From the NCBI GenBank assembly GCA_030016755.1, contig JASEJC010000001.1, positions 4,883-68,882 of the forward strand: a stretch of DNA of 64,000 bases. The letters run 5' to 3'. Positions within the stretch are counted from its first letter, which is position 1. Each line of letters begins with the position of its first letter. Position numbers and translations under genes: made by a program. The DNA comes from Candidatus Hodarchaeaceae archaeon. GTDB taxonomy: Archaea; Hadarchaeota; Hadarchaeia; Hadarchaeales; Hadarchaeaceae. Positions 36,500-45,383 of this stretch are shown here, piece by piece. The notes beneath the pieces are model-generated. The model saw only the letters and a list, made by a program, of their open reading frames with translations. It searched no databases and was not told the DNA's origin.

Positions 36500-36544
36500 A
36501 AAACCAACCCCTCGTTACTTTGAGTTATCTATCAACTGTAGTAT

Positions 36545-37276
36545 TTAGAACCTCCTCCTGCGCTGCCAAATTAGTAGCTGAACCCCGATGCTCATGAGCA
36601 CCACAAGTAAAATACACCAAAACCATGGAAAATAAGAAACCTCTCTAATTGGAGTGTCTGGCACCCTCCCGCGATTGTAAATCCATAGAGGTGTACCAGT
36701 TTCGCGGTTTAGGAGAATCAGTTCTTCGTTACGATCTTTTATTCCTCTGGCTACCACATAATCTCCGCCTGCTGAAATCGCAACTGGGGGTTCAAAGACA
36801 AGAAATATAGACCAGAGCGGAGTGTTATTTTCTTTAGAAAATGTGAGCACGTTAAAAAAGGTACTGGCAACGATGTATGTACCGTCCGAGGAGATACCCA
36901 CGTATGCTATATACTCGCTATAGGACCATAGGGGTTGATTGTCTTGGTTCGAAAAGAGGTAAAGGGCGTTGGAAGCGCCAGCTGCTATGTAATCCCCATT
37001 ATCTGAAATTGACATACAGCCCATAAGAGTTTCGTAACTCCACAGTGGTTGGTTATCCTCACGAGAGAACAAACAAAAGCCCTGAGAAACAGTAAAAGAT
37101 GCCACAATAAATCTGGCGTCTGATGATATCTCGAGGTGAGAATCATAGTGAACCCACGCGCTAGCATGTCCGCTCACCAATAACATAATAACAGCGGCAA
37201 TTGCTGTGATCAAAATTAAGGTGCTACGTAAAGGTGGCAGAGAAGTGTACTTTTCTTTATACATCTGAATCTCCAT
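36545..37276 (-). CDS. Membrane-anchored beta-propeller-repeat protein (PQQ/WD-like repeats) directly upstream of the giant gene
   Basis: N-terminal TM. Four repeats end in (E/Q)(D/E)NQPLWSY / NNTPLWSI / TGTPLWIY. C-terminal TM followed by RRRRF. Confidence 0.65.
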   Translation of the reverse strand: MEIQMYKEKYTSLPPLRSTLILITAIAAVIMLLVSGHASAWVHYDSHLEISSDARFIVASFTVSQGFCLFSREDNQPLWSYETLMGCMSISDNGDYIAAGASNALYLFSNQDNQPLWSYSEYIAYVGISSDGTYIVASTFFNVLTFSKENNTPLWSIFLVFEPPVAISAGGDYVVARGIKDRNEELILLNRETGTPLWIYNRGRVPDTPIREVSYFPWFWCILLVVLMSIGVQLLIWQRRRRF

Positions 37277-37528
37277 TTCTAACTTACCCTGGTGGCTTAA
37301 ACGCTTTAGATATCAATCTTGATTTTTTGGACTAACCCAGCGCTCATGCTGATTCTGGTCTCCGCCCAGTAGCGGGCCTGACGGGATTCCGACCCAGCGT
37401 GGGGAATTGGGTCTGCTTAATCTCGATACTCACCATAAGTGATAATCTAGCCTTGTATTTGTACTTCCTATGGGCGAAGGAGGTGCTGACGGTCATCTTC
37501 AGGTGCCCCTCTCATCTCCCGACGACTA

Positions 37529-37912
37529 TCACATAAACAAGTATTGGGTCGTCGTGGGCAGCTCCCTCCGCAGAGCCGCAACCTCGGGCCGATAAATCAG
37601 CAGCTCCCCAGCAGCTCGTTTGTTCAAGATTTTGCCCGCCACCCTCGCCTCCGGCTCCCCGCTGATCCTCGCCGCCCCTCTGCCGAGTTTTGGATCAAGC
37701 GCGATCAGGATCGGCAACTGGAGTTTATCCCAATCCGTTTCGGGCAGGAGCTTAGAAAGGGACTCGAGCTCTTCGCGCTTGAAGAAGTGGGTGCTACCAT
37801 CGCGCGTCCGAACTGAGGGTTTTGGGGACGAGAGTGCCTCCCGCAAAGATATGCGCCTCTCGGGCAGGTGGACGTTGAGCCGCCCAAGCTCGAGTTTGAT
37901 GATGCGCTCCAC
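37529..37912 (-). CDS. UPF0216/DUF61-family archaeal protein
   Basis: LELGRLNVHLPERRISLREAL...VRTRDGSTHFFKREELESL...LQLPILI matches my recollection of the DUF61 pattern. Confidence 0.65.
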   Translation of the reverse strand: MERIIKLELGRLNVHLPERRISLREALSSPKPSVRTRDGSTHFFKREELESLSKLLPETDWDKLQLPILIALDPKLGRGAARISGEPEARVAGKILNKRAAGELLIYRPEVAALRRELPTTTQYLFM

Positions 37913-37914
37913 GC

Positions 37915-38553
37915 TTACCCGCGCTCCTCGAGTATCGCCTTTATCCGCTTCAGGCGGGTGAAGTTCTCGCGCTCCATCTCGTCGAGCCTCATCATGATGA
38001 ACTTGAGGGCCCCCCTCAGCCTAGGGATCAGGATGTACTCTAGCGCGTTCACCCTTCGCTTCGTCTTCTCGAGCTCCTTAGCGATCGCGAACGCCGATGC
38101 CTCGAGTTCGGCAAGTTCGACCAAGAGCTTAAGCGCTCGCTCGAATTCCCGCGATGCCTCGTCCAGCTCCGATGAAGTCATGTGTAGGCTATATCCCCTT
38201 GCCACAGCATTGCGCTCCACTTCTCCAACCTCCACCGCGGGCACCGTGATGCCCATGATGAAGCGTGTCGAAATTTCCAGCTGAAGTTCTCGCTTGGTCT
38301 CCCTCGCCGCCTGCATGGTCTCGAGCGTCCCCATGACGGCAAAACAATTAGACAGCGCGCGGTGAGCCTTCGAAAGCTGCTCTAGCGCCTTCGCCCTTGA
38401 GTCCTGAATCCTCCTCAATACCTCGAAGAACTCCATTACTAGCGCGTCCATCTTCTCCTTCAGCAGGTCGTGGCCCCTCTGCGCTAGCCCCACGCGCTTC
38501 CTGAGCTTCATGAGCTCCATCCGGGTCGGGGAAACTGCTAACGCCGCCGCCAT
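37915..38553 (-). CDS. atpD: A-type ATP synthase subunit D
   Basis: SPTRMELMKLRKRVGLAQRGHDLLKEKMDAL and ...RVNALEYILIPRL. Confidence 0.92.
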   Translation of the reverse strand: MAAALAVSPTRMELMKLRKRVGLAQRGHDLLKEKMDALVMEFFEVLRRIQDSRAKALEQLSKAHRALSNCFAVMGTLETMQAARETKRELQLEISTRFIMGITVPAVEVGEVERNAVARGYSLHMTSSELDEASREFERALKLLVELAELEASAFAIAKELEKTKRRVNALEYILIPRLRGALKFIMMRLDEMERENFTRLKRIKAILEERG

Positions 38554-38892
38554 CTACTCGCCCTCCTTTTTCACCATTATTTCGGCCCCGACCGTTCGCC
38601 TGATCACCTCGCGCAGCTCATCGACCTTCGGTGTGTACCCAGTTTTGTCGGGAATTCGGAGCACGAGGGGGAGCAGCCGCTTCGCCCGCATCGCCTGGCG
38701 GAACTCGAACCCGAGCTCCTCCGCGACGCGATGGGTCAATAGGATGAGCCCGATCTCATCGCTTGCTAAAAATTCTTTCAGCTTGGCGAGCGTCTCGTCC
38801 TTCGTCGCGTGAACGTGTGCGTAGGTGGCGCCAGCCAAGGCCATGCCCGTGGTGGTGTCCAGATCCCCGATGACGGCAACTCTATAACTCAA
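38554..38892 (-). CDS. atpF: A-type ATP synthase subunit F
   Basis: 112 aa. VAVIGDLDTTTGMALAG pattern, position between C and D. Confidence 0.85.
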   Translation of the reverse strand: MSYRVAVIGDLDTTTGMALAGATYAHVHATKDETLAKLKEFLASDEIGLILLTHRVAEELGFEFRQAMRAKRLLPLVLRIPDKTGYTPKVDELREVIRRTVGAEIMVKKEGE

Positions 38893-40015
38893 TCTTTGCC
38901 ACCCTCGTGATTTTTTCCTTTATTTTCTGCGGCTCCGCGCCGTCCGCCTTGAGCCTGATTATCGCGCGCAGGTTTCGCATCTCGTTCTCCTTCAGGTTGA
39001 TGTACGAAACCACGGGCGCTATGCTGAAGAACTGGGTGAACTCAAGCCACCTACATAATTTAAGGTGCACTTCATCGAGAGCCCGCTCGGCCGCGGAGAT
39101 CCCTTGCTCCTCTATCTGCGGCATGGCTTCTGCCAAAATTTTGCCTGGGGTGGTGATGTGGATCATGTGTATTGCCGAGCGGACGTCCTCGGCCGTGACC
39201 ATCGCCTTCAACATCACATCCGTCAGCTCGTGCGAAGGCTTCACAAGATACTTGTCGATTTCATCTGGTGGGGTGCCCTCATGTTTGAGCCGCAAAATCA
39301 GCTTGATGTTCACCGAGTCGATCTCGTAGCCGATAATCGCCTTTAGTATTGACCGCTGTGCCCTCTTTGCCAGCACGTCCTCCCACAGGGCCTTGTAATA
39401 GTGCTTGTCGAGAGCCAAAAGCAATGCAATCAAGCCGCGCTTCTCGTAATCCTCCAGTGCCGCCGATATCACGTCGAAGTACTCACTTCCCTTCAGGAAT
39501 TCCAGCAATCCTTTCAAATCCTCTGCTGACGTGAGCATCTCGAGCCTCTCGCGGGGCATCGTCGGTGAAGACAACAGCACTTGTAATCTTTGCTCCTTTG
39601 GAATCTTGTTGTGAATCATTGTGATGAGGGCCTTGAGGTTCCAGAGGTCCACCCGCTGGAGTATCCTCAAAACGGTTCCCTTGCGTTGCTCCGGCACCAT
39701 GGCGATGAGCTCGCGGTAGCGTGCGTTCAAATTCTCCCTCAGCGCTCGCTCCACCGCCACCATGTCGACTTCCTCGCCTTTCGCGACCTCGGCGAGCTGC
39801 GGTCGGTATTCAGTGTCTTCCAGAGCGGAGAATATGTTCACGATCCTCGGGGCGTCCGCAAGCTCCATCAGACGGGCCTCCGATAGCAGCCTCGCCTCCC
39901 ACGCGCTTATGGTCGCGTTGCAGAAGACGTACGGCATCGAGCGGCGGGCGCTGATGATCACTAGGGCAAACATGGCACCTATCAGGGCTAGGACAAAAAT
40001 TAGGACCTCTATCAT
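38882..40015 (-). CDS. atpC: A-type ATP synthase subunit C (d-like); possible 26-aa hydrophobic N-terminal extension
   Basis: YVFCNATISAWEARLLS is the usual subunit-C N-terminus and begins at aa 28. ATG 40015 overlaps the atpE stop (ATGA). The alternative start is ATG 39937. Confidence 0.85.
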   Translation of the reverse strand: MIEVLIFVLALIGAMFALVIISARRSMPYVFCNATISAWEARLLSEARLMELADAPRIVNIFSALEDTEYRPQLAEVAKGEEVDMVAVERALRENLNARYRELIAMVPEQRKGTVLRILQRVDLWNLKALITMIHNKIPKEQRLQVLLSSPTMPRERLEMLTSAEDLKGLLEFLKGSEYFDVISAALEDYEKRGLIALLLALDKHYYKALWEDVLAKRAQRSILKAIIGYEIDSVNIKLILRLKHEGTPPDEIDKYLVKPSHELTDVMLKAMVTAEDVRSAIHMIHITTPGKILAEAMPQIEEQGISAAERALDEVHLKLCRWLEFTQFFSIAPVVSYINLKENEMRNLRAIIRLKADGAEPQKIKEKITRVAKIEL

Positions 40016-40641
40016 TTGAACCCTTCGAAGAGGACCTTTGCTATTTTTACTCGCAGGGTTTCAAATTCCCTCCGCATCCTGCCCTCGAACGTCTCGTCGA
40101 TTTCAACCTTCCCATCAGGCGTTCCGACCCTTACCCCGCCGATCACCTGAATGGGCTCCCCGAAAGAAATCGTCACGCTTTTCTTATCCCCGCCCAGCTC
40201 GCGCTCTATCTGGTCCTTGGTCCCTGCTAGCAGCTTCAGATCACGGCGATTGGCCCGGATGACGACGCTGTCCGAACCGAGCTTCTTGCCCGCAGCCACA
40301 GCGATGCCGACCAAGTCCTTCTCATATTTTTTTGACGATGCGTGGGCCCGTAGTTTATCCTCCACCTCCTTGAGGACCTCGTTTATCAACGCCTCCCGCT
40401 TCTGGAGCATCTCCCTTTTGGCCTTCATTCGGCCTTCGGCGAGCACTTGTCCGTAAATCTGCTTTCCTTGGATGCGCGCCTCTTTGACAACTCGTTCTTC
40501 CTCCTCCTTGGCACCAAAGCTGGCTGCATCGAGCAGCGTCTTTGCCTCCCGCTTCGCCGCCCTGATTATCTCCGTGGATTTCTCCTTAGCCTCCTTGAGG
40601 ATATCCTCCGCTATCAGCTGGGCGCCTTTCTCTGCTGGCAA
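40012..40641 (-). CDS. atpE: A-type ATP synthase subunit E
   Basis: 209 aa. N-terminal charged coiled coil (IAEDILKEAKEKSTEIIRAAKREAK) and a globular C-terminus. Confidence 0.85.
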   Translation of the reverse strand: MPAEKGAQLIAEDILKEAKEKSTEIIRAAKREAKTLLDAASFGAKEEEERVVKEARIQGKQIYGQVLAEGRMKAKREMLQKREALINEVLKEVEDKLRAHASSKKYEKDLVGIAVAAGKKLGSDSVVIRANRRDLKLLAGTKDQIERELGGDKKSVTISFGEPIQVIGGVRVGTPDGKVEIDETFEGRMRREFETLRVKIAKVLFEGFK

Positions 40642-40654
40642 GACATGCCCCCCC

Positions 40655-41140
40655 TTAACCCATCGCGCCGATACTTGATAAAATCAAAATTGTTGCCAAA
40701 AGCCCCAAGATAGCGTAAAGCTCGACCATCACCGTGTAAAGCATGCTTTGCCCAAACACCTCTGGCCTCTTTGCGACAGCGCTGACGCCCGCTGTGGCGA
40801 CCTTTCCCTGAGAATATGCTGTAGCCCCTTGGAGAATAGCTGGAACGGCCGCTACTAGCACAACCATGCCCATCCAGGGGGCAATAGCAATCTTAGCAAC
40901 AACCGCTGGGTAAGCCACAAATATTATCAAGAAACCCGCCACGAAACCATAAATCCCCTGTGTGCCCGGAAGCACCTCTAGCACAAAAAGTTTTGAGAAC
41001 TTCTTTGGATCCTCCGCTGATACCGCCGCCGCTGCAACTCCGGTCATCCCGACGCCAACAGCTGAGAAAATCCCCGGAATGACCACTGCCAGCCCCGCCG
41101 CCAACGCTACCCAGACCTCTTCACCTGCCAGGCCACTCAC
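40655..41140 (-). CDS. atpK: A-type ATP synthase proteolipid subunit K; duplicated four-TM form
   Basis: 161 aa with two hairpins. Each has a Glu in the second helix (VLEVLPGTQGIYGF and VMVELYAILGL). Confidence 0.85.
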   Translation of the reverse strand: MSGLAGEEVWVALAAGLAVVIPGIFSAVGVGMTGVAAAAVSAEDPKKFSKLFVLEVLPGTQGIYGFVAGFLIIFVAYPAVVAKIAIAPWMGMVVLVAAVPAILQGATAYSQGKVATAGVSAVAKRPEVFGQSMLYTVMVELYAILGLLATILILSSIGAMG

Positions 41141-43166
41141 CCCCTTCTACTTTGGTAAACCTCCTTTTAGCTTTGAATGGTGCGAACTTTTCCCCACCCG
41201 ACTCGTAGAATTTTCCGAAGAACTCGGCGAAGTGAAGACGCATTGTGTGGATGAAACCCCCTAGGCTATTAATGAATATGTTGAAGGTGTGAGCAGCTAC
41301 GAAAACAAACGCGATTCCAATCATCGCCAAAATGGCTATTATTATGGCTGGCGAAAGCGAAAGATTAGGCGCCACCATCCCGCCCCAAGCGATCCCGAGG
41401 ATGAAATTTATCGAAAATGCGATCACCCCAGTCGCGATCCCGAGGGCTAAAAGCCTTGAATAAGAGGTCACGTCAGCGATCAACCCAGTTATACCATAAA
41501 CGACGTTAATCGGTCCTCCAACTTTTTCCCTAGCGCTTTTACCGATCATGACTGCGCCGACTATGCCTATCGCCAAACCGAGGTAGAAGAGGATCCTGAA
41601 TGCCACGATGGTGGCTGCTGCTGGGACAAGGGGGTTGAACGCAGCAAAAAGATCTATTTTAGGAAATGCAAAATTCAGCCCAAATTCGTACATGCCGATA
41701 CCTAAAATGCAGAAGCATAGCCCGAAGAATCCGATTAAAATCAGCACGCGTGATATGCGGCTGAATAAAATACTTTTCCAGTCCCTCCTGAAGATATCCT
41801 TCAACACCCCCGCCAGCCCGAACGCCACGATGAGGTGGATGATGCCTATGAATATAACCACCTTAAGCAGTGGGATTGGTCGCTGAATCGGATTTACCCA
41901 GAAGCCCTGCCCAAATCCGAAGCACCCCCCTATCAGGAGACCAACGATAACTGTGAATATCGCACACACGACCATCATCCGCCTGAGCTTTCGCGGGAAT
42001 ATTTTCGCCAACCAAACGCCGGAGGCCATGAAAATCCCGAGCGCGATGCCGTAGCCCACATCGGACAGAGCTATGGCGAAAAACAGCGCGAAGGTAAGGC
42101 TCACGAAGGGCGTTGGGTCCACTTCATCGTACTTCGGTAGCCCATACATTCCTGTCACATACTCGAAGTCCTCCACCACTTGCGGGTTCTTCAGCTCGAC
42201 GGGGACAGCCTCTACTTCAGCCCGCTGAGGGTCGTAAGTGCGCAGGACGTGGCGTCCATTCGTTGCGGTGCTCAACACCTCTTCAAGTTCAGCCACCTGC
42301 TTCGCCCGCACCCATCCCTCAATCACAGTTGTGGCGTCGGTGTAGCCGAAAAGGCCGGCACACTCCAGCTGCTCCCTTTGAATCTCCAAGAGCTCCCTCA
42401 CCTGGGAAACTCCCTTAGCCCTCGTGCGAGCCAATCTTCGCACCGCTCGCTCGAGACCCCGCTGTTGCCCCTCGGTCTTTGCTAGCCGCTTCTTCAACTC
42501 CTTGATTGCTGCCGCGGGAGAACCTGAAAAAGGGGGGAGCTCCAAGAGTTCTACCTCGTACCTGTAAAACACCGGCGATAGTTTTTGCTGGTCCTGTGCG
42601 CGACATGCCACGACCACCATCCTCCGCTTCCCCGCCCCAATCGTCGACGTGAACACCCGCCGCGCTAGGGCCTCTTTAACCGCCGCGAAGAATTCCTTGA
42701 CCCGCTCCTCGGCGATGTACCCGACCGCGACTCTGATCTCATCGGTTGAGCGAAGGTACCGCAGCGGGAACCTGATCTCCCTGAATTTCTCCAGCACCCC
42801 AATCTGAGCAAGCAGGTCTTGGCGCTCCTTTTCTAGTCCATCGCTTTTCTCCTTCAGCTGCGTCACCTTGGGCCCCAGTTTGCCAATGCTTTTTTTCGCC
42901 AGCTTCAGGGTTTGCTCAAACGTCAGCTGCTTGACGGTGGTTGGTTTTCCAGATGCTGGTCCAAGGAACTCCTCCATCTCCTTGAACTTTGTGAGGAGAG
43001 ATGAAAGCTCATAAACTTCTTCCCCGACCGCCTTCCGCGTCACCTCGAGCTCTGTGATCTCCTTTAGCTGTATCACACCTGCTTCGTGCAGCCTCGCGAC
43101 GACATCGTCATGTGCCCTGCGGTGGAAAATCACGCGAAACTTTTTCATCCTCACTGTTTTGAACAT
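41121..43166 (-). CDS. atpI: A-type ATP synthase subunit I (a-like stator/proton channel)
   Basis: MFKTVRMKKFRVIF...LHEAGVIQL N-terminal domain and a C-terminal polytopic membrane domain with RLHFAEFF-type helix. The start was set at ATG 43166. Confidence 0.9.
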   Translation of the reverse strand: MFKTVRMKKFRVIFHRRAHDDVVARLHEAGVIQLKEITELEVTRKAVGEEVYELSSLLTKFKEMEEFLGPASGKPTTVKQLTFEQTLKLAKKSIGKLGPKVTQLKEKSDGLEKERQDLLAQIGVLEKFREIRFPLRYLRSTDEIRVAVGYIAEERVKEFFAAVKEALARRVFTSTIGAGKRRMVVVACRAQDQQKLSPVFYRYEVELLELPPFSGSPAAAIKELKKRLAKTEGQQRGLERAVRRLARTRAKGVSQVRELLEIQREQLECAGLFGYTDATTVIEGWVRAKQVAELEEVLSTATNGRHVLRTYDPQRAEVEAVPVELKNPQVVEDFEYVTGMYGLPKYDEVDPTPFVSLTFALFFAIALSDVGYGIALGIFMASGVWLAKIFPRKLRRMMVVCAIFTVIVGLLIGGCFGFGQGFWVNPIQRPIPLLKVVIFIGIIHLIVAFGLAGVLKDIFRRDWKSILFSRISRVLILIGFFGLCFCILGIGMYEFGLNFAFPKIDLFAAFNPLVPAAATIVAFRILFYLGLAIGIVGAVMIGKSAREKVGGPINVVYGITGLIADVTSYSRLLALGIATGVIAFSINFILGIAWGGMVAPNLSLSPAIIIAILAMIGIAFVFVAAHTFNIFINSLGGFIHTMRLHFAEFFGKFYESGGEKFAPFKAKRRFTKVEGGEWPGR

Positions 43167-43170
43167 CGGG

Positions 43171-43494
43171 TCACCCGGCAACGGCATCCAGAACGAGTTT
43201 GACGGCCCCCGCCTGTCGCTCCCTGGCCCTCCGCTCCATCGCTTGAATATGTCTCCGCGTCTTTTTCACAAGCTCCTGAACGTCGGCCTCTGCCTTTTTC
43301 TTCGCGTCATCAAGCACCTTCTGGGCCTTCGCCTTTGCCTCGAGCTTGGCGCTTTCCTTTAGCTTTTCCACTTCTTTCCGGGCTGACTCCAAGATGGCCG
43401 ATGCTTCGCGCTGGGCCGCCTCCACCTGCTCTTTCGCCCTTTTCTCGGCCTCGAAAATCACGCGAAGGCTTTCCTCGACCACCTGTTTCACCAC
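43171..43494 (-). CDS. atpH: A-type ATP synthase subunit H
   Basis: 107-aa Lys/Glu/Ala-rich coiled coil at the first position of the operon. Confidence 0.7.
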   Translation of the reverse strand: MVKQVVEESLRVIFEAEKRAKEQVEAAQREASAILESARKEVEKLKESAKLEAKAKAQKVLDDAKKKAEADVQELVKKTRRHIQAMERRARERQAGAVKLVLDAVAG

Positions 43495-43520
43495 CAGCGC
43501 CTATGGTAATTTGTTGTGGT

Positions 43521-43559
43521 ATTCATAAAAGTTCTGATTGCAGAGATATTCATAAAAGT
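43521..43559. promoter_or_regulatory. Two exact 12-nt direct repeats ATTCATAAAAGT (43521-43532 and 43548-43559) in the atpH/atpA divergent promoter
   Basis: Read directly from the sequence, period 27 nt. Each copy contains a TATA-like core (CATAAAAG / CTTTTATG). Confidence 0.45.
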
Positions 43560-43595
43560 GGAGGCGTTAATCATAGCTGGAGCTGGGGTGTTGAA

Positions 43596-45383
43596 TTGGG
43601 GAAGATAGTTCGAATCACCGGGCCCGTAGTCATCGCTGACAAGATGAAGGGCTCGGAGATGTACGAGCTCGTCAGGGTGGGGGAGGAGGGCCTGATGGGG
43701 GAGATAATCGGCCTTACCGAGGACCGCGCGACCATCCAGGTTTACGAGGAAACCTCTGGCGTAAAACCGGGCGAGAAGGTCGAGGGTACCGGAAAACCTC
43801 TTTCGGTCGAGCTCGGCCCTGGGCTGATAGGCGCAATTTACGACGGTACACAGCGGCCGCTCACGGTCATCCGGGCGAAAATTGGTGACATGATAAAGCG
43901 TGGGGTCTCCGCTCACGCCCTACCGCGCGATAAGAAATGGGAGTTCGTCCCCAAGGTCAAGAAAGGCGCGGATGTGGTCGAGGGCGATATTTTAGGGACG
44001 GTCAAGGAAAGCAAGCTCGTCGAACATCGAATTTTGGTACCTCCGGGCATCAACGGGAAAGTTCTAGAAGTTGCGGATGGGGCACACAAAGTCGAAGATG
44101 CCATCGCCACGATCGAAACGGCTGATGGCAAGCGGGATATCCCGATGATGCAAATTTGGCCCGTGCGACGAGCGCGACCGTTTAAGGAAAAGTTTGATCC
44201 AAATGAGCCGCTTTTGACTGGACAGCGGGTTGCCGACACTTTCTTTCCGATCGCGAAGGGGGGAACTGTTGCAATTCCTGGAGGGTTCGGATCTGGAAAG
44301 ACGGTTTTCCTCCAGCAGGTCGCGAAGTGGGCTGACGCCGACATCGTCACCTATGTCGGTGCTGGCGAACGCGGCAATGAGATGTGTGATGTGCTCGTGC
44401 ACTTCCCGCAGCTGAAGGATCCGCGAACAGGCGAGTCGCTGATGGAACGGACCACGCTCATCGCCAACACCTCCAACATGCCCGTCGCTGCCCGAGAAGC
44501 GGGAGTCTACACTGGAATCACCATCGCCGAGTACTTCCGCGACATGGGCTACGATGTGGCGCTCATGGCCGACTCGACCTCGCGGTGGGCCGAGGCTATG
44601 CGCGAGATATCCGGGCGGCTGGAGGAGATGCCAGGAGAAGAGGGCTTCCCAGCATACCTCGCCTCGCGGCTGGCCGAGTTCTACGAGCGGGCTGGTCGGG
44701 TGCGAACCCTGGGCAGCGATGAGCGCTTCGGCTCCGTGACCGTGCTAGGTGCTGTCTCGCCTCCTGGCGGCGACCTCTCAGAGCCTGTCTGCCAAAATAC
44801 GCTCCGCATAGTCAAGGTCTTCTGGGCGCTTGACACGGGTTTGGCAGACCGCCGCCACTTCCCGGCCATCCACTGGCTGACCAGCTACTCGCTGTACGTC
44901 GACAACGTGCGGGAGTGGTGGAAACAAAAACTTGGGGAGGATTGGAAATCTCTACGTGACGAGGCTATCGCCATGCTCCAGAAAGAGGCGGAACTCGAGG
45001 AAATCGTGAAGCTTGTGGGCCCTGATGCCCTCCCCGAACCCGAGCGAGCCGTGCTAGAGGCAGCCCGGATGCTGCGCGAGGACTTCCTCCAGCAGTTCGC
45101 CTTCCACGAGGTCGATACCTATTGCCCTGTGGAAAAACAACTCGGGATGCTCAGGCTCGTGCTGGATTTCTACCGCAATTCTGTTGAAGCCGCAAAGCGG
45201 GGCATCCCTGTGGCGGAAATCAAAAAACTGCCCATCAAGGATACCATCGCCAGCATGAAGCGGCTACCATCTGAAAAATTCGCAAAGGAGCAAGGAAAGA
45301 TGGAAAAGCAACTCATGGAGCAATTTGAGGCGTTGTTGAAGACGAGAAAAGCGCCGGTGGAGGAGGGTAAGCGTGAAGGGTGA
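43596..45383 (+). CDS. atpA: A-type ATP synthase catalytic subunit A
   Basis: [11 protein letters not shown], Walker A GGFGSGKT, and SRWAEALREISGR-like [25 protein letters not shown] 43596 was chosen; the upstream part of the track ORF is antisense to atpH and Pro-rich. Confidence 0.95.
   Translation: MGKIVRITGPVVIADKMKGSEMYELVRVGEEGLMGEIIGLTEDRATIQVYEETSGVKPGEKVEGTGKPLSVELGPGLIGAIYDGTQRPLTVIRAKIGDMIKRGVSAHALPRDKKWEFVPKVKKGADVVEGDILGTVKESKLVEHRILVPPGINGKVLEVADGAHKVEDAIATIETADGKRDIPMMQIWPVRRARPFKEKFDPNEPLLTGQRVADTFFPIAKGGTVAIPGGFGSGKTVFLQQVAKWADADIVTYVGAGERGNEMCDVLVHFPQLKDPRTGESLMERTTLIANTSNMPVAAREAGVYTGITIAEYFRDMGYDVALMADSTSRWAEAMREISGRLEEMPGEEGFPAYLASRLAEFYERAGRVRTLGSDERFGSVTVLGAVSPPGGDLSEPVCQNTLRIVKVFWALDTGLADRRHFPAIHWLTSYSLYVDNVREWWKQKLGEDWKSLRDEAIAMLQKEAELEEIVKLVGPDALPEPERAVLEAARMLREDFLQQFAFHEVDTYCPVEKQLGMLRLVLDFYRNSVEAAKRGIPVAEIKKLPIKDTIASMKRLPSEKFAKEQGKMEKQLMEQFEALLKTRKAPVEEGKREG

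Noticed and set aside
43335-43595. 87-codon N-terminal extension of the atpA track ORF
   Set aside because: It overlaps atpH on the opposite strand and the divergent promoter, is Pro/Arg-rich, and has no similarity to subunit A. The conserved N-terminus ([10 protein letters not shown]) begins at TTG 43596.
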